A DNA stretch of 54,379 nucleotides from Phoronis australis (Eukaryota > Animalia > Phoronida). The translations under genes and the position numbers were made by a program. The DNA is taken from NCBI GenBank assembly GCA_002633005.1, contig NMRA01000025.1, positions 941,338-995,716 of the forward strand, given 5' to 3'. Each line of letters opens with the position of its first letter. The stretch's first letter is position 1. Under the pieces are notes generated by a model. The model worked only from the letters and a program-made list of their open reading frames with translations, did not search any database and was not told the origin of the DNA. Below, piece after piece: positions 1-8,864 of the stretch.

Positions 1-127
1 GGGCTTGCAATGACCAAGTACAGGGCTTGCAATGACCAAGTACAGGGCTTGCAATGACCAAGTACAGGGCTTGCAATGACCAAGTACAGGGCTTGCAATG
101 ACTAAGTACAGGGCTTGCAATGACCAA
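1..127 (+). repeat. 22-bp tandem repeat, about 6 copies, truncated by the window edge
   Basis: Unit CAGGGCTTGCAATGACCAAGTA. Confidence 0.95.
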
Positions 128-357
128 TTATAAAAGTAGAGGAAAGTTTTCCAGGTTATGTATCGTTCCAAAAATTAATAGGCTTGTGTGACAGAAATAT
201 TCTTTGTTGTAAAATTTAACTGAAATAAATGTTTTTGCATGTCAAAATAATGATAAAAAGAGTGGAAAAAAAAGAGGAAACTGGAAATCAAGTATTAAAG
301 AGGAAATTGAAACCAAAATAAGAAATCCTCTTAAAAGAAGAAAAATTCCAAGCCCTG
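109..357. mobile_element. MITE of about 250 bp, copy 1
   Basis: TIR CAGGGCTTG...CAAGCCCTG; inverted homologous copy at 24779-25036. Confidence 0.8.
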
Positions 358-557
358 GGTAGAACAGTGTTCTAAAAATGAAATGCAATTAGAAAGTTCA
401 GTTTGAAACACAGCACTACAAATACCACCTAACATGTACTTCTACACAAGTTCATATGAAAACAACTTTGTTGTTGAAAATGTCCGAACACCTAAAACAG
501 CCGTGACCATAACTAGACAAAGTGATGACAATGCCAGAACAATGAGCTTCTACTCAC

Positions 558-635
558 TCCCGCGCCGCCTTCATCATATCTTCTACAAACTTTGACGCAT
601 TTTTCTTCTTTGATGGACCAATGATAACCTCGCCA
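558..635 (-). CDS. NSFL1C: NSFL1C coding exon 4
   Basis: Acceptor TTCTTCAG; GEVIIGPSKKKNASKFVEDMMKAAR; donor GTGAGT. Confidence 0.92.
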
Positions 636-3600
636 CTGAAGAAGTTAGAAGAGTAAATGAAACAGCCAACTGTCAACATGCAGTAAAATGTCACTCACTT
701 ATGACACAATATGGCTGACACTTGAAACTTTACAATCTTTTCCATGAAACATATAACAGCTCCAAATCACATGATATTCCACACAGGGGCAGATCTAGCA
801 TTTTGAGTTAGGGGGGCCAGGCAGAGTATTAGCCAGGATTTTGCCTGTCAGACATTCGCACCCCCCCGAACTTCCAAATGGAATATGGGAGAAATTTTAG
901 GGGTGCCATGGCCCCCTTGCACCCCCACCCCCTAAATCCGTCACTGCCACAGTTACCATCAAACAAAGTTTTGCTAACTTGTGCGCATTTACAACAATAT
1001 TAGAAGCCATCGAAAATGAGAAAGGGGAATTGTGGGAATCATTTTTGTTCGAATTTGATGAGATTTTAGAGTAGATATCATTTAGGCCATATGAACAATA
1101 TTCAAACAGAGCGTTGAAATGCACCCACAATTGCACCGTATACGGTATTCTTCTAGGGTTGTTTATTGGTACCATAAAGTAGCCTGTAGAGGGCATATAT
1201 GTAGTATGTTGTACTTTGCAAAATGGAAAGGCATGGTCAATGTCTCCTCAATACGTTGAGGACCTTTGAACATACAGAGGTAAACGAAAAAAAATAAAAT
1301 TGCCACTAGGTGGCACACCAGTAGTCAGCTCTGTTGGAACGTCATCGTCATCTGTTGTCAACATCAAATAAATACACTAAATTTGGTAAAGATCCTTCAA
1401 ACGATTTAAAAGATACAGCCATAGGCACTAAAAAACTTCCACTAGGAGACGCCACAGTACTCGAAATTGGCGGAAAATCATCATCAGCCGTCCACTTCAT
1501 AGTAAGAACATACGTGCTAACTTTCACAATCATCCCTTGAGCGGTTTGGTTGATAGAGGGGTGGACGCAAAAAAAACAGACTCAAAAACAGTAAAATGGC
1601 CACTACGTAGCGCAAACTACCTTGAATCCATCGGAAAACGGGAGGACAGTGTCATCTCACTAATAGGTCCTCGGAAAATCATAATCATCCATCCACTTCA
1701 GAGTAAAAAGTAACATACATGCCAATTTTCACAATTATCCTAAAAGCGGTTTGGTTGATAGACGAGTGGACGCCAAAAACAGATTCGAAAACAGTAAAAA
1801 TGGCCACTAGGTGGTGCAAACTAGGTCGAATCCATCTGAAAACGGAGAGATAGCGTCATCTCATTAACAGATGCCTGTATGCCAAATTTTATGAAAATAC
1901 GTTGAGGACCTTTGAATGTACAGAGGTAAACGTAAAAAAAAAAAATTGCCACTAGGTGGCACACCAGTTGTCAGATCTGTCCGAAAGTCGTAGTCCTTTG
2001 TTGTTAACATTATATAAATGCCCTTACTAAATTTAGTAAAGATCATGCACACGGTTTAGGAGATACAGCCATAGGCGCAAAAAAAAAACTGCCACTAGGA
2101 GGCGCCACAGTAGTCGAAGTCGTCGGAAAATCATTGTCAGCTATCGACTTTATAGTAAGAACATACATGCTAATTTTCACAATCATCCATTGAGCAGTTT
2201 GGTTGATAGACGGGTGGATGCAAAAAAACAGACTCGAATACAGTAAAAATGGCCACCAGGTGGTGCAAACTACATCGAATCCATCCGAAAACGGGAGTAT
2301 GGCTTCAACTCACTAATAGGTGCCTATATACCAAATTTTATGAAAATCCCTTCAGGACTTTTGAAGATACAGAGGTAAATGTAAAAAAAATAAAATTGCC
2401 ACTAGGGGGCACACCGGTAGTCCAATCCGTCCGAAAGTTTGCTCATGCTGCCGATTCAGGGAAGGAACACATGAGCAAAATTTCATGACCATACGTCAAG
2501 GCGTTTTGGAGATAGAGCAGCGGACGCTGGACGGACGGAGATGACGGCATAATGCGTCCACATATAAATATGTGGGCGCAAAAAAATGACATCAAGGTTT
2601 TATTTCATTAATTGGTATTTGCTTATATTACAAACTGTTTTGCAGAAGAAAGGACAACAGTCACTAACAGGTATCTTGAATTTTGAGAACTAGTTCGAAG
2701 CCTGTTTTCAGTAGCAAAAATGTTTCTCAAAAGTCGAGACCCTATACTGAAAAAATGTGTTTTTTAATTATTTTTTATCATATAAATGTCTGGAGTCATT
2801 TCACTTCATGAAACTTAGTCTTTAGACTAACAATTGTAGGCTTGATTGACATCACTACAATTTTTAAAAATTGTAATATGACATAAAATCCAGCTGCAGA
2901 CATAAACCGAGCCCATCTGTCTGTTGTTAAAAGAACAAATCTCCCTTGTTTTTCTACATTTTAACAAAACACAGACACTACGGCTGCGTATACCAATCTC
3001 ATCTTCACTTACAAAAATTCAAAATTACCAAAAACAATCATCACTGGTGTCCTCATAAGTGTGTGTTGAGTGTCACGCTACTCAGACTGTTGTACAAAGA
3101 GTTGATCATGTAACCCTCCTCATCTCTGTTCATGTGAGGAGACCAGGGGAGTTACAAGATCAGCTCTTTATATAACAGTTTGACTACAGCGATGATGGAC
3201 TGTCGAAAATTTCTGAGGTAATTTTGAATATTTGAGAGGCAATAAGTGAAGACGAAATTTATTATCATTCAAGCACCTTCCTAATGAAGCCTTTTCTTGG
3301 GGTGAGATGATACACATTGCATTTTATTATATTTAAGAGGAATTCCATTATTTTTAACTTTATTCTCACTTGCCAATTTTTTTCTTGAATATAAGCAAGT
3401 TAACTTACCATTTGTACCAATTGCACGATAAGATTCCAACTATTGAATGATCCTGATTTGTTTGCTAGATCAATATATCAATAGTACTCGTGAAAAGAAA
3501 CAAATAAATCGCAACTTTGTGCAACACCTAAAGGCAAAAATTGAAACTAAGAATAGAATCAAAGTAAGCCATGACAAATCTACATCAAAATCAGTTGCTG

Positions 3601-6600
3601 CTGCATTGCGTTTCCATCACAATTTGATTAATCGCCATACCCTTGCCATTTACTGAGTTCACAATTTGATTAATCGCCATACCCTTGCCATTTACTGAGT
3701 TCAGGCTAAAGCAAGAAATAAAAAACCTCCCTGCAGCAAGAAAATACAAACTGCAGAAACCATCCAATAGCTTTACCTTTCAAGGCCAGTAAATATCAGC
3801 ATTCAACTAACCTTTCCTCTGAGCCACCAGCATAGTATTCATTTCCTTGATTTTCGTCCTTTTTTTCTGCTTGCTTTAATCCACCAATAGTACCAAACCT
3901 GCATTGAACCACAACATTATCACAAGGCTATTCAATAGTTCACTTTCTGCCACCAAAATCAAAAAAATTTGAACAAAGCAAAAATAAAGTTTAAGGAAAG
4001 TCAGTTCATTTGCCATTTCTCTGCAAATAGAGACAAATATTTTCCAGCACCAGGGCCCTCGTTGATCGGAGAGGAAAGCTGGCTGTGACTTCTGATGAGA
4101 ATTTTTTCGTACAAGGAGAAAATTCTACCTCCTGATCACCATCAATGGTACCCCCACCATGCTGCAAGCTCTCATAGGCTCTGCCTCATTTTGTGCTTTT
4201 CCAAATTGTCACCTGTGTGGGTGATTTGAACCTCAAGGGGAGTTTTTTAATCACTTGAGGGGAATTTTGGGGGCTCGTGAGGGCAATTTCGCGTGATTTT
4301 TCAATATTTTTCAGAGGGGGACAGGGCTGATATTTAGCCCCAAAATCGAGGGATTGAGGGCCCTGAGTACTCCATTTTTGGCATATCCCATATATTGCAC
4401 AGTCCTAGTTGTTCTGTGCAATAGTTAGAAATGATACCTGGAAGGTTTACTTGTCCTCTGCGGTGGTGGTGATGCAGATCTGACAGGAGGTTGAACAGGA
4501 GGTGGAAGTTCATCGGCATCCGGACCTTCATCAAAGAATCTGGCTAGGGCAATCTGAAACAAAAAAATGACTACTTACACATTGGTCGGGCGCAACAAGC
4601 AAAAGGGAGACTAGTATAGAAATACTGACAGATTCTGAGGGTTATATTAGGTCACATGGATAGAGGGGGAGCAATAAGGCCGAAGGAAGGTTTGAATGTC
4701 GGTTACCAAATGAATGCGAGGAAGAAAAGGAGATCGAATTTATTTATTTATTTAAACTTCTTTAAAAGACTGGGTGATGATGTTTAACAAGGGCATAAGA
4801 TCAAAATACAACTTTATCTTACTGCTTTCCCCGTTCGATCCACAAACATCCGAAGAAGCTGTGTAACTTGTGTATTGCCACTGCGTATTCACTTTTACTA
4901 CCAACTTTTGCATGGAGATGAAGTTTTCCCTGTCAGGTTAAGGTGTGTGGCAGTTAATTTGGGCAAGATTACAAGTGGCTGGGACCAAATATAGCCAGCC
5001 AGCTAACTGTATGAAGACTATCATCAAAATACAGATGGGTACCACTGTGTGTTGAGCTCCGTTAGACCACGAAATTTCACACAGCCCAGGTAGTTGAACT
5101 CGTAACCTTGATGTGAAACTTTAATTAAAATGTAACAAAGAAAAGTTTGTCGTCATTTTGAAAACAGTGCAGTTATGTTACGTGCATGCACCATTTTCTA
5201 AAATTTTGCGACATCTCTTGGGAGATGATGACAACTTCAGTCAGCAGCAAAATTTGTTCCGAAATTTGGTTAGCTGGTATTAAAATACTAAAAACTTGTA
5301 ACGAAATACAACCAGTTCCACTAATTTGTTGTGACATGTACGCAAGCTCGTGAAAGAAACATTTGATTGACGAATCGGTGAAAACAGAAAGTGGCCAACA
5401 GGTGACACAATATTTCATGGCGCTGAAAACCGACACAAAAGACTGCATCAACAACCAATAAATAATTTAGTATACTCAAGGAAGATTGTAGTTTTATTTT
5501 TGTGTCAGATTTTATTAGGCCATTTTTTACCCACATTGGTGCAAAGCTGTATATTTAGCATGCAGCTTTGCACCAAAGCTACGTGGCGAGCTGCCCAGAT
5601 ATTTACACGCAAGGGAAACACTGTTACACAGGGGGCAGAGCATGATCAATATATCCCTCCTGAGACGTTTGAGTACATCTCTGACTTTGGTTCGTGGATA
5701 TCACCTCAGCCTCAGGCTTAACTGGGTGCCACTGTGGAAAAAATCAACACGTCATTGCTGTTTGACAGTATATTTGACAGCTGGAACACTGCCTGGTGCG
5801 TCCAAAAGCCATTCGGCTAATGAGAAAATTCTTATTGATTGGTATATGATTTGGAAGTGCTTTATTTGACTGTAAGTAATGCACGGAAACAGAAATTCAT
5901 TCAACACTGACACTGTCATCGACATCGGTATGCCGACAGTTAGGCAACACGTAGCCCTTCGGTTGGCCATTTACATTTAGGGGCTACATAGGCAATGACC
6001 ATCGCCTCTGTAGGCCCGAACCAGAGGCGATGCAGAGGCTATAGGCGCTCTGTACGCCGGAAGCTTTTCGTCGAATTATGCCTCGCACCGACTAAACCAT
6101 CAAAGACACGTTGTTATAAATACCTTTTGCGCATAGAGGAACACCTTAGGAGGTTGTCAATGTGCTTAAGTCCTTCCAACTCGAACAAATACTCCCATTA
6201 TGAAACTTTTTCTTCGATCAGTCCCTATTTCAGTTCTCAAAATCGTGAAATCAAAATTTTCATTTTTTTTTAACCAGGCCGAAGGTCAGAAGTTGCGATC
6301 CTACCGGCGAACTTTGAAAGCTGAAGTTCCCGCCCTTTGCGTACGTGCTGCCGGGAACCAGCCGTGCATTTGCCGTGTTGTTAAACATTAAAATGTCAAA
6401 TATGTGCACAAAGACTATTAAATGTCATATCAACAGCATTTATTTTTATCAAATACAAACAATAATTCATTGAAATATAAACAGTTTCAAGTAACGCCAA
6501 TTAAAGACAAGTATAAGTGGTGGCATTTTGGAAACGAACATTTGACTGACAAGACCGCAATGGCTCACCTTTGGCCTATTCAAAAATTGAGGTTATGAAG

Positions 6601-8280
6601 TCACATCACCTAGCGAGCGCGGTAAAAATTGGAGCGTGCGCAGTACAAAAATTTTGATTTCACTATTTTGGGAACTGAAATAGGGACTGCTCGAAGAAAA
6701 AGTTTCATAACGGGAGTATTTGTTCGAGTTGGAAGGACTTAAACACATCGACAACCTCCTAAGGTGTTCCTCTATGCGCAAAAGGTATTTATAACAATGT
6801 GGCTTTGATGGTTTAGTCGGTGCAAGGCATAATTCGCCGAAAAGCTTCCGGCGTACAGAGCGCCTATAGCCTCTGCATCGCCTCTGGTTCGGGCCAACAG
6901 AGGCGATGGTCATTGCCTAGGGGCTACAGTACTTCTGTTGTGAAAGTGCTTCCGGTGAATCACATATGAGCCTCTGTTAGCCACTCGCTAACGGGCAATT
7001 GCCTATTAGCTGAATGGTTAGCACGCTCGCCGGTTAAATCGGGGTTGCTGGTTCGATTCCCGAGGTCGGGCAATCTCGGCTATTACGACAAATGGCGTAG
7101 TCGGCAAACGGATGATCTACCGATGAAGCACTGCCAACTAGTACCCACGGACCTCGGGACAGCGCGCGTTGAAGGTTCCAGGAGTCAAGGACCTGTATGA
7201 GAGACGACCTTGTGTTCACCTGTGTTGTGGTGGTAAAGGTACCAAGGGACGTTGATGACCTGTATGCGAGACATCCTGGTGTTCACCTTCCTGTCGTGTG
7301 CCCGTTCCGTAGGAAAGGGGGGAATGTTGTAGATGTGCTTCCGGTGAATTATATGAGCCTCTGTTAGCTACTCGCTAACGGGCAATTGCCTATTAGCTGA
7401 ATGGTTAGCACGCTTGCCGGTTTTATGGGGGTCGTAGGTTCGATCCCCGGGTCGGGTAATCTCGGCTATTACTACAATTGGCGTAGTCGGCAAACGGATG
7501 ATATACCGATGAAGCACTTCATAGACCCTGGGTCCTGAGACAGCACCCTTGTTGGTAGGGTACAGGCATAATGTAAGGTGCATGTACAGGCATAATGTAA
7601 GGTGCATGTACAGACAGGGTGTAAGGTACGTGTACAAGCATAATGTAAGGTACGTGTGCAGGCATGGCGTAAGGTGCATGTACAGGCATAATGTAAGGTA
7701 CACCTAGTTGGCTGATGGCGTGCTTGTTGATAGGAAAGGGGGGAATGTTGTGAAAGTGCTTCCGGTGAATCACATATGAGCCTCTGTTAGCCACTCGCTA
7801 ACGGGCAATTGCCTATTAGCTGAATGGTTAGCACGCTCGCCGGTTAAATCGGGGTCGCTGGTTCGATTCCCGAGGTCGGGCAATCTCGGCTATTACGACA
7901 CTTCCATTCGCTTCCTGTACGGATTTCATTACATATATTTTAAACGGGCGGTAGGCCAAATCCGGCCACCGATTTTGAATTTTCACATCGTCAAAAATAC
8001 AGTCCACGCTTAAAATTATCACTTAAAAAGTGCTTACTTTCTTCATTGTAATTGCCTAGCCGACGGTCAAAATGAAAAAGGACTGTGTCATGCTGTTTCC
8101 TTGCCTCTGTCAAATCAGTTTGGCACTTACAAAACCAATCAAAAGCAATCAAACTTATTTTAAAGAAGTATTTACATCAAGCTTCCAAGCGGATGATTCT
8201 AGATAGAACTGGGCTCTTTCTTTCTCTACTGCAGTTACGTTAATGAACTCAGACAGCAAACTACTTCGATCTGTGTCCAT
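558..8280 (-). CDS. NSFL1C: NSFL1 cofactor p47 (p97/VCP UBA-SEP-UBX adaptor), 5' part; gene continues beyond the left window edge
   Basis: Exons 8280-8176, 4553-4438, 3898-3812 and 635-558 have GT/AG boundaries and compatible phases. They give MDTDRSSLLSEFINVTAVEKERAQFYLESSAWKLD-IALARFFDEG...RFGTIGGL...EYYAGGSEES-GEVIIGPSKKKNASKFVEDMMKAARE, matching the remembered p47 pattern [58 protein letters not shown]. Confidence 0.95.
784..946. mobile_element. MITE with CAGGGGC-type TIR and apparent 5-bp TSD
   Basis: CAGGGGCAGATCTAG...CTAAATCCGTCACTG flanked by CCACA on both sides. Confidence 0.65.
1094..2586 (-). mobile_element. Helentron/HINE-like non-autonomous element with internal higher-order tandem array
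   Basis: Terminal palindrome TGCGTCCACATA-TAAA-TATGTGGGCGCA, short GACG microsatellite, internal repeats of about 150 bp; related copies in the opposite orientation at about 18566-19161 and 20238-20836. Confidence 0.6.
3617..3702 (+). repeat. Perfect 42-bp tandem duplication
   Basis: TCACAATTTGATTAATCGCCATACCCTTGCCATTTACTGAGT x2. Confidence 0.9.
3812..3898 (-). CDS. NSFL1C: NSFL1C coding exon 3
   Basis: Acceptor TGCAG; (R)FGTIGGLKQAEKKDENQGNEYYAGGSEE(S); donor GTTAGT; 87 nt, phase 2/2. Confidence 0.92.
4051..4365. mobile_element. MITE with CAGGGCCCTC TIR
   Basis: CAGGGCCCTC...GAGGGCCCTG; flanks AGCAC/AGTAC. Confidence 0.65.
4438..4553 (-). CDS. NSFL1C: NSFL1C coding exon 2
   Basis: Acceptor TTTCAG; IALARFFDEGPDADELPPPVQPPVRSASPPPQRTSKPS; donor GTATCA. 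Confidence 0.92.
5989..6919. mobile_element. Non-autonomous Mutator/MULE-like foldback DNA transposon
   Basis: Highly similar TIRs of about 270 bp (5989-6260 / 6648-6919) starting TAGGCAATGACC; perfect 9-bp TSD GGGGCTACA at 5980-5988 and 6920-6928. Confidence 0.88.
7001..7072 (+). pseudogene. tRNA-like Pol III cassette inside LTR1 (repeated in LTR2 and LTR3); not a canonical tRNA
   Basis: A box TAGCTGAATGG 7007-7017, D-stem GCT/AGC, B box GGTTCGATTCC 7050-7060; acceptor and T stems imperfect. Confidence 0.65.
7558..7700 (+). repeat. 24-bp minisatellite inside the second TRIM internal domain
   Basis: Unit approximately GGTGCATGTACAGGCATAATGTAA x6. Confidence 0.9.
8176..8280 (-). CDS. NSFL1C: NSFL1C coding exon 1 (UBA-like domain start)
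   Basis: ATG at 8280-8278; 35 codons MDTDRSSLLSEFINVTAVEKERAQFYLESSAWKLD; donor GTAAAT. Confidence 0.93.
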
Positions 8281-8497
8281 TTTTATGCCGGAAGTAAACG
8301 ATGTTTTGCGTCTCCGAATAGAAATAACTTACAAGTTTGAAAAATAACAAAAAATCGATTTTGAAGCTCTCAGTCTTTAAATCTGGACAAAATAAAATAT
8401 CGAACCAGTTTCATTCAATTTCTGAGTTTAATAGCATGAATCTTTTAGAATTTTTGTGACAGACTGCAACGAATATTGAAATCGAAAAGGTTAACAG
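8281..8497. promoter_or_regulatory. Probable bidirectional promoter of NSFL1C and the Pil1-like gene, including a likely non-coding first exon ending at 8497
   Basis: Divergent start codons about 555 bp apart; ETS-type CCGGAAGT at 8288-8295; strong plus-strand donor CAG|GTGAGT at 8497/8498. Confidence 0.6.
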
Positions 8498-8835
8498 GTG
8501 AGTGGAAGAATGGACTTTAGAAAATAAATAGGGAAGACTAGGTTGAATATTGAAGAGCTTACTTGACAGTATGACAAAATATTTTAATTTTGGTTACATA
8601 TAGTTATAAATAGAATTTATTTTTAAGCCATATACACTAGAACTAGCATTTTGTGAGTTGAGTGAAAAATGTTTGTTCCTGTTTAACAATTTGTCACCCC
8701 TAACAATAGCCCTTCCCACTCGTCATGTTTCACAACAACTGAGGACAAGGAACAAAATGTCGAGTAGCGCACTCGTTAGCTTGTTTTGAGAAAAACTAAG
8801 TTTGGGGGATTGGGTTGTTGGCGTGTCAGGCAAAG

Positions 8836-8864
8836 ATGGACAGGGCTGCTAAGGCAGTGAGGCG
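8836..8864 (+). CDS. Pil1-like gene, first coding exon
   Basis: AAGATGG start context; MDRAAKAVR(R); donor GTAAGT; phase 2 matches the next exon. Confidence 0.7.

Larger units (their letters stand above)
6936..7900 (+). mobile_element. Tandem three-LTR TRIM (terminal-repeat retrotransposon in miniature)
   Basis: LTRs 6936-7090, 7325-7476 and 7746-7900 (TG...CA); PBS TGGCGTAGTCGGCA after LTR1 and LTR2; PPT AGGAAAGGGGGG(G)AA before LTR2 and LTR3; 4-bp TSD CTTC (6932-6935, 7901-7904); no coding capacity. Confidence 0.93.

Noticed and set aside
430-491. Possible further NSFL1C exon after CTGTTTTAG
   Set aside because: In the required phase it reaches a stop and does not resemble the expected HGA-containing p47 continuation.
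5995-6913. Twin ORFs of 92 and 106 aa with near-identical sequence on opposite strands
   Set aside because: They are simply the two TIR arms of the foldback element; no recognisable domain.
7001-7072. Functional tRNA genes in the LTRs
   Set aside because: Acceptor and T stems are mispaired, the anticodon arm is irregular and there is no T-run terminator; treated as a tRNA-derived cassette.
7368-7794. Repetitive ORFs MYLTLCLY... and VPYIMPVHAP...
   Set aside because: Translations of the 24-bp minisatellite inside the TRIM.
8436-8497. Selenocysteine or readthrough start (ATG..TGA in frame with exon 9727)
   Set aside because: A cleaner ATG exon exists at 8836-8864 and I saw no SECIS; more likely a uORF or chance.
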